Assembly: GCA_024276825.1 (NCBI GenBank)
Contig: JAJRWI010000004.1
Span: forward strand, 6,506 to 70,505
DNA: 64,000 nucleotides
Source: an archaeon
GTDB lineage: Archaea > Asgardarchaeota > Thorarchaeia > Thorarchaeales > Thorarchaeaceae
Direction of reading: 5' to 3'
Shown: piece after piece, positions 1-9,682 of the stretch
How positions within the stretch are numbered: position 1 is the stretch's first letter
How the letters are laid out: every line of letters starts with the position of its first letter
Position numbers and translations under genes: made by a program
Notes under the pieces: model-generated
What the model was told of the DNA's origin: nothing
The model's input: only the letters and a program-made list of their open reading frames with translations
Databases searched by the model: none

Positions 1-359
1 ATCCTACTTGTAAACTCTTGCCATGACAAAATCTCATCGTTAGCAAGAATTCCCATTTCAGATCCATGTGACACCCAAGCAACATGACCCATTACTCTAT
101 GAATGATCAATGCATAATCCAAAGCTCCATAATCCACAATGCGAAGTCTGCGTGCATTTTCCCTAATTGCCTGAACTGCATTGAGAACAGATTTATCATT
201 ATGCATAACGACAACGACATCTGAGATTACTGGTGTTGACAACGGCATCAGCCATACCGGCGATATTGCCAATAGCGCAATTAGCAAGGAGCAAATCTTC
301 AACTTCTCATTACTGCATGAAAAAGACACTACACTAAATAGCGATCCACTCTTTTTCAT
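1..359 (-). CDS. hypothetical membrane-anchored/secreted protein, N-terminal part only (gene runs off the left edge)
   Basis: Absent from the ORF track because it has no stop in the window. My manual reverse-strand translation from ATG 359-357 reads MKKSGSLFSVVSFSCSNEKLKICSLLIALLAISPVWLMPLSTPVISDVVVVMHNDKSVLNAVQAIRENARRLRIVDYGALDYALIIHRVMGHVAWVSHGSEMGILANDEILSWQEFTSR, open to base 3. It has a hydrophobic N-terminal segment. No family recognised. Confidence 0.4.
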   Translation of the reverse strand, partial: MKKSGSLFSVVSFSCSNEKLKICSLLIALLAISPVWLMPLSTPVISDVVVVMHNDKSVLNAVQAIRENARRLRIVDYGALDYALIIHRVMGHVAWVSHGSEMGILANDEILSWQEFTSR

Positions 360-747
360 ACTGCCTAGTTTTTCCCCTTTATTCACGCGATACCTCTCCC
401 AAGATTCGTTAGTTATAGATAATTTGAAAATAAATTTAGCGACTAATTTCTGAAAAAGATCTATTATCATCTGAACTGAATCTCACTCAATATCCTCAGA
501 TTCCGACTGACAGTCTTGAAAAACTTCTATAGTATCACTATTCTAGCTACACTTGCATGTTCATTGCGGGGATTACGTTATGGGCTCAATTGCAAGCTAA
601 ATAACAACAATCAAGACTCGCTCTTTAAGAAGCATTAATTAGCGAGAGCCCTTCATATTGATGTGAGTTGAAGAAAGCGCACCAACATGTCTTGATACCA
701 CAAGGCTTCGTAGCAGTGAATGGCACTCAATCGAGGGATAGAACTTG

Positions 748-2508
748 ATGCTTTATGAAGAACTAGCACTTGCTTACGACAAAATAGAGAACACTTCTGG
801 CACTCTTGATAAAATCGACATCTTGACAGAGGTATTTAGAAAAGCAGATGAATCTGATATTGCAAAGATCATTGCTCTAACAACCGGAAAACTGCATCCA
901 GACTGGAAGGGTGAGCCTGAATTGGGAATTGCTGAGAGAATGGCAATTCAGGCGGTTTCGACTTCTGCTCTTGTGTCTGAATCTGAGATAAACAAGCTAC
1001 TCCAAAAACTTGGTGATATTGGAGCAGTAGCAGAAAAACTGCTGAGAGAATCCGGTCAGTCCACATTATTCGCTGAAGAATTGACAGTTGATTATGTGTA
1101 TGAGAAATTGAATGAGATTGCTAGTGTTTCTGGCTCTGGAAGCAGCAAGCAGAAGATAGCGCTTCTCTCTGGCTTATTGACCAATGCCTCTCCTATTGAA
1201 GCCAGATACATTCTTCGCACAGTTACTTCGACTCTACGTCTTGGTCTTGGTGACATGGGCATTCTCGATGCACTTGCATTGGCATTTACAGGCACTCGCG
1301 ACAACCGTCCAATGATTGAGAGGGCATATAATATATGTAGTGACCTTGGTCGCATTGCGCGGGTCCTGGCCGAGAAGGGTCTTGAAGAGATAAAGAAGTT
1401 CAAGGTGGAGGTAGGTGTTCCCATAAGAATGATGGCTGCAAAGAAGCTCTCAAGCGCTAATGAGATTCTTAAAAAAGTGGGTGGCAGGTGTATCGTCGAG
1501 TACAAGTATGATGGAGAAAGACTGCAAATACACAAGAGTGATGATGATGTGATTTTATACTCAAGACGTCAAGAGCGAATAACTGATCAATACCCGGATG
1601 TTGTTGAATTAGTAAGAAGGCATGTAAAAGCCAAGTCTTGTGTGGCAGAGGCGGAATGTGTGGCCATAGACCCTGAAACTGGAACAATGCGGCCTTTTCA
1701 GGAACTTATGCGAAGACGTCGAAAAACAGACATTGAAGCAACAATGGACGAAGTGCCAGTTGCCTTGTTTTTCTTTGATATTCTCTTCCTCGATGGCGAA
1801 GACACTACTCAGAAGCCCATGCTTGAGAGAAGGGCTCTTCTTGAACAAATTATTGACACTTCTGATAGAGTTGGTCTGACCAAGGGGGAGGTGACTGACG
1901 ACCCGACTCGACTTGAGGAGATATTTCAGGATGCCATATCAACGGGACATGAGGGAGTCATTGCAAAGGCCATTCACAAGAATGCGATATATCAGGCAGG
2001 ATCCAGAAGCTGGCTCTGGATCAAGCTGAAAGCGTCATACAAGGAGGGAATGACTGACTCAGTTGATCTCGTTATTGTTGGAGCATTTCATGGGCGCGGT
2101 AAGAGGGCAGGCGTCTATGGGACAATTCTTGCTGCTGCATATGATGACACAAATGATACATTTCCAACTGTCTGCAAAATTGGCACTGGTTTCACGGATA
2201 ATATGCTTGAAGATATGAAGAAACGTCTTGGGCCTCACATCATCGAGAGAAAGGATCCCAGTGTCATATCTGATATGAAGGCTGATGTATGGTTTCACCC
2301 TGTTGAGGTGATTGAGGTGCTTGGTGATGAGATCACTATCAGCCCGGTTCATCCTGCGGGAAGAGGTCGAATTCCAGGATTTGAGGGTGGCCTTGCTATA
2401 AGATTTCCAAGATTCACGGGTCGATGGCGAGATGACAAGGAGCCCACACAGGCAACTACTGTTGAGGACCTCATTGACATGTTTCTCAGCCAGAAATCAA
2501 GGTCATAG
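748..2508 (+). CDS. lig: ATP-dependent DNA ligase
   Basis: 587-aa ORF with the adenylation motif EYKYDGERLQIH (KxDG lysine) and downstream ligase/OB-fold motifs (EGVIAK, WIKLK, LAIRFPRF). The track starts at TTG 745; ATG at 748 is preferred. Confidence 0.95.
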   Translation: MLYEELALAYDKIENTSGTLDKIDILTEVFRKADESDIAKIIALTTGKLHPDWKGEPELGIAERMAIQAVSTSALVSESEINKLLQKLGDIGAVAEKLLRESGQSTLFAEELTVDYVYEKLNEIASVSGSGSSKQKIALLSGLLTNASPIEARYILRTVTSTLRLGLGDMGILDALALAFTGTRDNRPMIERAYNICSDLGRIARVLAEKGLEEIKKFKVEVGVPIRMMAAKKLSSANEILKKVGGRCIVEYKYDGERLQIHKSDDDVILYSRRQERITDQYPDVVELVRRHVKAKSCVAEAECVAIDPETGTMRPFQELMRRRRKTDIEATMDEVPVALFFFDILFLDGEDTTQKPMLERRALLEQIIDTSDRVGLTKGEVTDDPTRLEEIFQDAISTGHEGVIAKAIHKNAIYQAGSRSWLWIKLKASYKEGMTDSVDLVIVGAFHGRGKRAGVYGTILAAAYDDTNDTFPTVCKIGTGFTDNMLEDMKKRLGPHIIERKDPSVISDMKADVWFHPVEVIEVLGDEITISPVHPAGRGRIPGFEGGLAIRFPRFTGRWRDDKEPTQATTVEDLIDMFLSQKSRS

Positions 2509-2566
2509 TGTTTCCGACAATTTTAACACAAAGCGGATTCCCATCTGCTATAGCCCGGTGAGTCAT

Positions 2567-3052
2567 ATGCATAGTATTAGAATCGCAGATCCTAAGGCGC
2601 ACTTCAGTGTGGCCCATTTTGTCTGGAGCTCTGGAAAACTGGAGCCTCTCCACGGTCATAATTACACAGTTAGTATCGAAATATATGGGACTCTTAATGA
2701 CTTTGGCATGGTCATGGACTTTAGGACAGTCAAGGAACAACTTCGCAGAGTGTGCAAGGTCCTAGATCATAAGATTCTACTCCCAGGTGAATCAACAATA
2801 ATCAGACTTAGAGATCTTGATGATGCAATTGAGATCAGGGCAGAGAATAAGCGATATTTGTTTCCAAAGGAGGACTGCCTGATTCTTCCAATTACTGCAT
2901 CCACCGCGGAGCTTATTTCTGAGTTCATTGCCGGGCAATTGGACATTCCTGAAGCATTTAGACTCAAAGTGTGTGTGAGCGAATCGCAGGGAATGGAAGG
3001 CTGCTTTGAGAGAGAAAATAAAAAACAACGAGGCGAAACTATTGGTCATTGA
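2567..3052 (+). CDS. 6-pyruvoyl-tetrahydropterin synthase / QueD-fold protein
   Basis: FSVAHFV...LHGHNYTVSIEIYG matches the PTPS/QueD zinc-His motif. The track ORF (from 2432) overlaps the ligase 3' end, so the start was moved to ATG 2567, which is preceded by GGTGA. The Cys normally 4 residues before LHGH in QueD is Leu here. Confidence 0.7.
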   Translation: MHSIRIADPKAHFSVAHFVWSSGKLEPLHGHNYTVSIEIYGTLNDFGMVMDFRTVKEQLRRVCKVLDHKILLPGESTIIRLRDLDDAIEIRAENKRYLFPKEDCLILPITASTAELISEFIAGQLDIPEAFRLKVCVSESQGMEGCFERENKKQRGETIGH

Positions 3053-3872
3053 CACTCAAAACTCGCGACCCAAATATCAGATACGACTACAGAAGGTCGG
3101 TATTCGTGGACTAAAGACCTTCTTCATAACCGAAAAGGGCGGTCTTAGACATCATTACATTCCCACTGTTGAACTCACCATCGATCTACCTGCAGATATT
3201 AAAGGAATCCACATGTCTCGACTCGTTGAGAGCATGACTGAAATAATCACTGATCAGTTCAGTGTCCACCCCTCTGTTGAAGAACTGCAGATTCGCATAC
3301 TTGAGGCCTTGGCTGAAAAGCATAACTGTGAACAGGGCGAGATTAAGTTTGAGTTTGAGTTTGGATACCAGAGTCACACACCAGTTTCAAATAAACGGAC
3401 CTGGGAGGTGTGTGACGTTGTTGCTTCTACAATAATTGAGAAAGACAAGCCAATCATTCACGATATCAAGATCAGTGTGATTGGAAATACCGTGTGCCCA
3501 CATTGCATGGTAAATAACAATGGTCTCACCCATATGCAGAGAGCAATCGGAGCCCTAAGAGTTGTAGGAACAACCGATCAGATTCCGAATTATGGTGATA
3601 TGATCAAGATAATTGAAGACTCATTCTCAAGCAAAACTTACTCTATCCTCAAGCTCGAGGATGAGATGCATGTCACAAAAGAGATGCATGACAATCCCTT
3701 GTTTGTTGAAGATGTCTGTAGAAACATCCTGCAAAATGCTAAAGAAAGGTTCAAAGATAGAGACCTGGAGATTTGCGCTGAGGCACAGTCTCTGGAGAGT
3801 ATTCATAAACATGATGTGATTGCTCAAGGCATGCTAGAACTCAGGGGGAATAACAATCACTCACATGGTTAA
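3006..3872 (+). CDS. mptA: GTP cyclohydrolase, FolE2/MptA family (type IB)
   Basis: N-terminal IDTQNSRP, GIHMSRLVE and a CPHC motif are typical of COG1469 FolE2/MptA. There is no in-frame ATG near the 5' end. TTG 3006 overlaps the upstream gene by 47 nt; TTG 3042 is an alternative. Confidence 0.75.
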   Translation: MREKIKNNEAKLLVIDTQNSRPKYQIRLQKVGIRGLKTFFITEKGGLRHHYIPTVELTIDLPADIKGIHMSRLVESMTEIITDQFSVHPSVEELQIRILEALAEKHNCEQGEIKFEFEFGYQSHTPVSNKRTWEVCDVVASTIIEKDKPIIHDIKISVIGNTVCPHCMVNNNGLTHMQRAIGALRVVGTTDQIPNYGDMIKIIEDSFSSKTYSILKLEDEMHVTKEMHDNPLFVEDVCRNILQNAKERFKDRDLEICAEAQSLESIHKHDVIAQGMLELRGNNNHSHG

Positions 3873-3969
3873 TCTGCACAGAACCTGTGAATTATGATGA
3901 TAATAAGACTCGAAATTATAAATGTCTGTTCTCCTGACAGAACCATGATGCATGCATGAGATAGGTGAA

Positions 3970-4449
3970 TCATTGGGCAGTCCATTTGTGAAAATGAATT
4001 CCTTTCCAAAAATGAATGATCTTTGGTGTTATTTCGATTACAACTCTAGAGCCCATAGGGAATCCAACCTTGAGGAAAGTCAAATACTTCTGCCAGTATT
4101 GATTCATTAACACATCTCCCATTTCCTCTATCTTGATGACTCTTGCAGTGCCACGTATCAAGACCCCGCAATTGCCCTCAGGTGAAATGGGATCTCTCTC
4201 GTCGATGGTTAGCGCCACATTAGGATTTTGTCTGATGTTTTGTAGTTTTTTTGTTGAGCGGGAAGTGATGACATAGAACTTGTTAGGCTCTTCATCCCAG
4301 ATATAAAACATCGTGGTAATGTGTGGTGGGGCACCAATTTCTCCAGTGGTGAAATAGGCAAAGAAGCCATCTCTTATGATTCTAGCCGCTTTGGGATGAA
4401 GTAGGTTTGCACTCCTTTTTTGTCTATGTTTGGAACAAGTTTCACTCAT
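3970..4449 (-). CDS. pyridoxamine 5'-phosphate oxidase-like (FMN-binding split-barrel) family protein
   Basis: 159 aa. The pattern HITTMFYIWDEE...FYVITSRSTKKLQNIRQNPNVALTIDE...GVLIRGTARVI is typical of the PNPOx-like split barrel. Confidence 0.65.
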   Translation of the reverse strand: MSETCSKHRQKRSANLLHPKAARIIRDGFFAYFTTGEIGAPPHITTMFYIWDEEPNKFYVITSRSTKKLQNIRQNPNVALTIDERDPISPEGNCGVLIRGTARVIKIEEMGDVLMNQYWQKYLTFLKVGFPMGSRVVIEITPKIIHFWKGIHFHKWTAQ

Positions 4450-4453
4450 GATC

Positions 4454-5722
4454 TCACACTCTCAGGAATGTTGGGGCTGCCTTTCTCCAATATATTGCAC
4501 TCTTTACTTGAAGTCTGACAACAACTCTTGAAACAAACGGTTTTTCCTTCCATGCAAGTGGAATTGATTCTGCTTGTTCTTTGTAGTATCTCAAATACAT
4601 CGGATATTTCCTTCTAAAGAGTGAGCGAACACGAAGCAGCCAAAGCCCGTATATGAGCAACCTAGCTATACCAAAAGGACTGAACTGACCAAGAATGAGT
4701 CCCTTCCCTCTCAATAAGACGGACCTATTATTCATTGGATTCTTGGAATCTCGCATATCAACCAGCACTGCAATGCTATTATTCTTCTTGATGAGTCTGT
4801 ATTTCGCTGACTTCACGCTTATTGCAAAGTAGATGTATTTTCCATCATAGACAAAGATTACTGGAGTTGTATGCACTGTTTTCTTGTCATAGACAGCAAC
4901 ATATGCGAAACGTTCCTGAAAAAGTATATTTTCAACGTCTGGTGGAAACCACGGAATTGTTTCCATTGAGAGCAAGCTAATAAATGATAAGACAAGAATG
5001 GACCCGAAGAAAGCGATAATACTAAAGAATAGCAATTGAGATGAAAGAGCGATTGGGAGAAGAAGTATTGCAGAGCCGGCCCAATAGAGATTGATGATGT
5101 CCAGCGATATTAGTGTTTGAACCTCCGAATAGGCAGTGTACTTCAGTCCTCTTCTTTCCTTGGCAGCACGAGCAAGAGCTATTGACCGACGAGCCGCCGA
5201 GAAAGTAGTGAAGAAAGATAACCAGAGTCTATATGCTATATCCCAAGAGAGGATAAGAATTAAAGCATACAAAAAGAGATTACCGTACCCCTGTCCAAGA
5301 AATCGCTGCAGAAGGTCCTGATCATAGATTAGGTACGATGAGATTCCGATAAAGCAGGCAATGCTTCCTATCAGCTCAATCATCTTATTTTCTAAGAGAT
5401 TTTGCTTATAGCTTCTAAGAATCATTAATTCTTTCTCATTAGTGGGATTCTTAAGTTTCCTAAGGAGGGGAATGACATACAAACAGCCAGCAGACCAGAT
5501 TACAGTATACAAGATTGCTAGAGACCCAAAAATGAGTGATTCGGTTGGCATTTGAAAGTACAAGAATGCAAATATTCCAATGGTTTCTACAAGCATCAAC
5601 TGCGCCAGAATATCCAATCTGGGCGGTAACCATTTGAACGGAGGGACATTCTCAACAATCTGCTCATAAAGCCAACGGTCTTCAATCGGTCTTTCGCTAG
5701 GCATATCAACAAGTATTGGCAA
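4454..5722 (-). CDS. multi-pass membrane protein with C-terminal PNPOx-like split-barrel domain
   Basis: The N-terminal ~250 aa has several hydrophobic helices. The C-terminal FAYVAVYDKKTVHTTPVIFVYDGKYIYFAISVKSAKYRLIKKNNSIAVLVDMRD...SVLLRGKGLIL resembles the PNPOx fold. Start is TTG 5722; ATG 5704 is an alternative. It ends 5 nt before the next gene. Confidence 0.6.
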   Translation of the reverse strand: MPILVDMPSERPIEDRWLYEQIVENVPPFKWLPPRLDILAQLMLVETIGIFAFLYFQMPTESLIFGSLAILYTVIWSAGCLYVIPLLRKLKNPTNEKELMILRSYKQNLLENKMIELIGSIACFIGISSYLIYDQDLLQRFLGQGYGNLFLYALILILSWDIAYRLWLSFFTTFSAARRSIALARAAKERRGLKYTAYSEVQTLISLDIINLYWAGSAILLLPIALSSQLLFFSIIAFFGSILVLSFISLLSMETIPWFPPDVENILFQERFAYVAVYDKKTVHTTPVIFVYDGKYIYFAISVKSAKYRLIKKNNSIAVLVDMRDSKNPMNNRSVLLRGKGLILGQFSPFGIARLLIYGLWLLRVRSLFRRKYPMYLRYYKEQAESIPLAWKEKPFVSRVVVRLQVKSAIYWRKAAPTFLRV

Positions 5723-5907
5723 TCTTGTCTTATTTGGTTATCTGTACCACTCATTCTTAGCTCAATAGAGTTAGATATGCAGGTCTTACCCGCACAGGAA
5801 CCTCACTGGACCCGCTCGACACATGGTGTCCGACAGAACTATCTGAACTCACTACTATTTTTATCCAATTCGCTTTAGATCTTCTTTTTATTGCTATTCG
5901 AGATCAT

Positions 5908-5935
5908 CCAACCTCTACGCATCTCCGCGAAACCC
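5908..5935. repeat. left arm of an imperfect 28-nt inverted repeat (partner 6553..6580)
   Basis: ccaacctctacgcatctccgcgaaaccc versus the reverse complement of 6553-6580, ccaacctctgcgcatctacccgcaaccc. 24 of 28 positions match by manual alignment. Confidence 0.55.
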
Positions 5936-6552
5936 CTCTCCCCTAAACTTCTCATGGAACACTATTACGACCCCCCTGTAGAATGCCCTAATTTGCCCTG
6001 AAACATCGCATTTTTGCAGTGATACTAGCATGTTCTCAATATATTATCCCAGTGATATTAAGATAAGGTCTTCATTTTACCAAACCTTATATGGGAATTC
6101 AGTGGAAATAGAGGTGGGTTATATCACACATTCAAAATATAATGGAGAATTAAAGAATTGACCGAAAAATCCAGACCTCTCTCAACCCTGCAAAAGAAAG
6201 CTAAGATCCTGCATGTACTATACGGACTGCTCGAGAGCGACCGTGACCCTACAGATGAAGATGCTCAAAGTCTGCGATATCTCTATGCCAGCTCATAATT
6301 ATGCTCATCATTAGATGAGGTCATTCTTCTGTTCTCATGTCCCTCCCGGCGCGAGACGGAGGAAAAGTGAGGGCCGATTCCCCCTATGGCCCTCACACCA
6401 ACATCATGTCCTCTTTTAACAGTAATTTTGATTAGCCACGACATTAATGCCAGTTTGATAGAACTGCAGAGAGAGTTGGCCATTATGAGTGAGAATCCAG
6501 ATGATTTTAGCTTTGATAATCTATCACGGAAACTGGAGGGTGCAATCGAACA

Positions 6553-6580
6553 GGGTTGCGGGTAGATGCGCAGAGGTTGG
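6553..6580. repeat. right arm of the inverted repeat (partner 5908..5935)
   Basis: gggttgcgggtagatgcgcagaggttgg. See the left arm entry. The two arms bracket about 617 bp of apparently non-coding sequence. Confidence 0.55.
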
Positions 6581-6708
6581 ACAAACTTGACACCAATAAA
6601 AAGGACATCTAAGAGATATACTACAAAATTGTTAGGAGTTTAAATAGTATCATCAGGAACAATGGCGTGAAATGTGTCCACTGCTGTTCGTGGGCGGACA
6701 GGACTATA

Positions 6709-7125
6709 ATGTCCAAGATCGTCCAATTTACAATGAACGGCATATCCGATAAACTAGTAAATGGTATGATGAACGAACTTGAGCAGGATTATTTTGAAAC
6801 CATCAAGCGAGCTAGGACTGCAATTGTGATGTTCTATAGAACTGCATGTTCGTATTGTAAGAGGCTGCGACCAGTCCATGAGGACTTTGCTGATGAGTTT
6901 GAATCATCAGTCTTTTTCACTACTGTGAACATTGATCTTGTAGATGAAGCTCGCATAAAGAACAACATCCTAGGAGTGCCGCTGGTAATCGCATTTAAGA
7001 AAGGAATGTCTGTAGATAGTGTCGAGGGACTTCGTTCAGCAGAAGAGTATCACAAGTGGATTGACCAGATTAGAAAGGGTCTAAGACCAATGCGTTTAGA
7101 CCATGGTCAGGCAACCAAGTTATAA
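6709..7125 (+). CDS. thioredoxin-fold protein (CxxC)
   Basis: IVMFYRTACSYCKRLRPV...GVPLVIAFKKG is the thioredoxin pattern with a CSYC active site and a cis-Pro loop. The track starts at GTG 6667; ATG 6709 is preferred. Confidence 0.7.
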   Translation: MSKIVQFTMNGISDKLVNGMMNELEQDYFETIKRARTAIVMFYRTACSYCKRLRPVHEDFADEFESSVFFTTVNIDLVDEARIKNNILGVPLVIAFKKGMSVDSVEGLRSAEEYHKWIDQIRKGLRPMRLDHGQATKL

Positions 7126-7189
7126 TTAATGGCGTTGAAAATTACCTTTTAATGCGAGCAAAATGGAGTTATCATAAAGGTGCAGATGG

Positions 7190-8008
7190 TTGATTAAGAA
7201 ACGAAGAGTTCCAAAGAGTATTGAAGAGATTAATGAGAATATAATCTGCGAGAAGTTTGAATGGTTTGCAAAACAACCATGGTGCAGGGGGATCATGCTA
7301 TGGGGAAGTAGGGCCACAGGTTTTGGTGCATCTGATAGTGATTGGGATGCCCTCATATATGTGACCGACGAATATTTTGACTCACTCAAGCTCGAAGAAA
7401 CATTATTGCTTGAATACGACGAGTCGGTTGAGCCAAAGCGACTGGTGATTGACTTCTCACCAATTTCAGACAAGTGGTTTAAGATTCAGATCAATTCACC
7501 ATTGGACATCGATCACTTCGCATATGCTGAAGGTGTTACCATTTACGATCCAACAGGAGAGTTGGAGGAGTGGCGACAACGACTGGCCAGATATCCCGAG
7601 GAGGAGCATACTGACAGGTTGAAGAACAAGTACTTGCTTATGATTAGATCGTTTGGCTATGCTATGATTGACTACAGACGTGAATTCGAATTGGACTCGA
7701 GAATCAACCTATACAGGTCTGTTGTTGCTGCGGTGAATCTCTGGTTCACTATCAAGAGATCGTGGACTCCTCCATTAAAGTGGTGGAGCAAGCACGCTAG
7801 AGAAATGGGGATGACTGATGAAACATATGAAATTTTTAGGAGTGCCCTTGTTGATACCAATTTAGAGAGTGTCAAATCGCTGATATCTCATCTCAAGCAG
7901 ATGATATTAGATGAGGGATTTGAGTTTCCAAATGACACACTAATTGCATTTCTTGAAACAATCCACCCCAATGGCCGTGCCATGCAAATCAAACATTCGT
8001 ATCTGTAA
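7190..8008 (+). CDS. nucleotidyltransferase-domain protein (Pol-beta superfamily) with helical C-terminal domain
   Basis: GIMLWGSRATGFGASDSDWDALIYV is the GS-x(n)-DxD minimal NTase motif. TTG start with GGTG 8 nt upstream. Confidence 0.6.
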   Translation: MIKKRRVPKSIEEINENIICEKFEWFAKQPWCRGIMLWGSRATGFGASDSDWDALIYVTDEYFDSLKLEETLLLEYDESVEPKRLVIDFSPISDKWFKIQINSPLDIDHFAYAEGVTIYDPTGELEEWRQRLARYPEEEHTDRLKNKYLLMIRSFGYAMIDYRREFELDSRINLYRSVVAAVNLWFTIKRSWTPPLKWWSKHAREMGMTDETYEIFRSALVDTNLESVKSLISHLKQMILDEGFEFPNDTLIAFLETIHPNGRAMQIKHSYL

Positions 8009-8147
8009 AGTTCATCTTAGTCGATTGTGACTTCCACCAATCCTACGCCTATTTCACACTGTGACTGATTTAACTCTCACACTCCATATTGGTATGTCTT
8101 TGCAATATTATTCACTACAATCACTGTGGGCCGACCTCATCAATCTC

Positions 8148-9128
8148 CTATTCACGATTTCTATAGTATGGTGACATTCTCAGTAAGCGTCTTCTTGCTA
8201 TTGGCCTGAATAATCGTATAATATGACGCTTAAATCCAAGGGCTTCCCGTAATTCGTTCAGATAATCATCAAATGTGTGCTTCTGGAAATTCAGCAATTT
8301 CTGAGCCTCCAGCGTTTCCATGAAATCAGTATGAAACCAGTCCTCGTCGCGAACGGGTGTTAGAAATGCACTGTCAGGCAACATGCCAATGCCCGCGGTT
8401 TCAAGCATCCGCGACACAAAATCCCGATACTTCATTCTGCATTGTTCTCCACCACCGAGTAGCAATATTTTTCCCTCAGTGGGAGCAACGACCACGTTTC
8501 GAAGGGCAAGTCCGAGATCTCTTGTGTGAATGAATTCCAGTCGCTGTTCTAGAGGAATATTAAACATCATGGAACTCATTTCCTGTTGCAGCCATCGCTC
8601 GCCCAAAGGAGGTACTACACCAAATCTCAGAATTGTCCATGGCAAGCCACTCTCCCTCACTTGGCGCTCGCACTCAATCTTTGTCTTTGTGTAGTTATCA
8701 GTCACGACTTGAGGATCATTGGCAGTTTTTGGTGGGCCATTCCCCTTGTTATGGCCATAGGTGGCAATGGAACTGGCATAGACAAACTTTGGGTTCAGAC
8801 CTGTTTTCTTACTCTCCTCTAGTAATGACTTTGTGCCCTCAACATTTACTGCCCATGCTAGGTCTGGCTTACTCTCGGACAGAGGAGGAATAATTGCGGC
8901 CAAATGGATTATGCAATCGATGTCTTGGACTATCTCATGGACAATGTCCCTGTTTCTAATGTCCCCCCATACAATCTCGAACTTGCCCCTCTTAGAGAGT
9001 TCTCTTGCGACTTTGTCCGTCATGGGGTTTTTAATATCAAAGCATCGTAACTGATGCTCGCTTCCCAGAAACGATATTACCGCACTCTCACCCACATTTC
9101 CAAATGCGCCGGTCAATAGAACTCTCAT
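8148..9128 (-). CDS. NAD-dependent epimerase/dehydratase (extended SDR) family protein
   Basis: MRVLLTGAFGNVG Rossmann motif and a YTKTK (YxxxK) catalytic motif. ATG 9128 is preferred over TTG 9134. Confidence 0.8.
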   Translation of the reverse strand: MRVLLTGAFGNVGESAVISFLGSEHQLRCFDIKNPMTDKVARELSKRGKFEIVWGDIRNRDIVHEIVQDIDCIIHLAAIIPPLSESKPDLAWAVNVEGTKSLLEESKKTGLNPKFVYASSIATYGHNKGNGPPKTANDPQVVTDNYTKTKIECERQVRESGLPWTILRFGVVPPLGERWLQQEMSSMMFNIPLEQRLEFIHTRDLGLALRNVVVAPTEGKILLLGGGEQCRMKYRDFVSRMLETAGIGMLPDSAFLTPVRDEDWFHTDFMETLEAQKLLNFQKHTFDDYLNELREALGFKRHIIRLFRPIARRRLLRMSPYYRNRE

Positions 9129-9259
9129 GTTCAATTTTAAAAAACCATGGATATATAATTATTTCGCAAACGAAATATTCAATAACGAAAATTTCGAAAC
9201 AGAAACATATCTATTCGATAGACCTATATTCCACAATTATTCTGAATAACTGGCTCAAA

Positions 9260-9682
9260 ATGAAGACCAGGCAAGAACTCACCTACGAACTAATCGAGTC
9301 GTTAAGACGTCTGAGCAAGGTGAAGTGGTTTCTAGGCTCCTCAAAACTCACTCTTGAGGAGTTCATGGTTCTCGACCTTATCTACGAGTCTGAGAATTGT
9401 TCTATGAAAGACATCACGACTACTTTCTCAATGCCCCCAAGTACTGCCACAGGCCTTGTGGATCGACTTGTTGAAAGAAAGTATGTCACACGTAGCAAGT
9501 CCAAAGATGACAGAAGACGAATTCTCATCAAGATGACTACAAAGGGCAAGAGGGTATATACAACTTTCAAGTCTGAAGCACTGGCTCAACTGGAAGAATC
9601 ATTGAGTCATTTGTCTAATAACGAGATTGCAACTCTTCTTAAACTAATAAACAAGTTGATTGATGGACTTCACGAATCGTAA
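9260..9682 (+). CDS. MarR-family transcriptional regulator
   Basis: wHTH region MKDITTTFSMPPSTATGLVDRLVERKYVTRSKSKDDRRRILIKMTTKG. The track ORF (from 9104) overlaps the divergent epimerase start, so ATG 9260 is chosen. Confidence 0.8.
   Translation: MKTRQELTYELIESLRRLSKVKWFLGSSKLTLEEFMVLDLIYESENCSMKDITTTFSMPPSTATGLVDRLVERKYVTRSKSKDDRRRILIKMTTKGKRVYTTFKSEALAQLEESLSHLSNNEIATLLKLINKLIDGLHES

Noticed and set aside
181-453. 90-aa plus-strand ORF from the track
   Set aside because: Its composition is low-complexity and unlike a real protein. It overlaps the better-supported minus-strand partial CDS (1..359) and has no SD-like context.
5780-6410. SRP RNA or RNase P RNA in the GC-rich patches of the 5723-6666 gap
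   Set aside because: I could not find the conserved SRP helix-8 motif (GGUCCGGAAGGAAGCAGC-like) or the RNase P CR-I motif (AGGAAAGUCC-like) on either strand.
6283-6483. 66-aa minus-strand ORF in the large intergenic gap
   Set aside because: No SD-like motif and no recognisable protein features. It spans the GC-rich hairpins, which better explain the open frame. The region is flagged as a finding instead.
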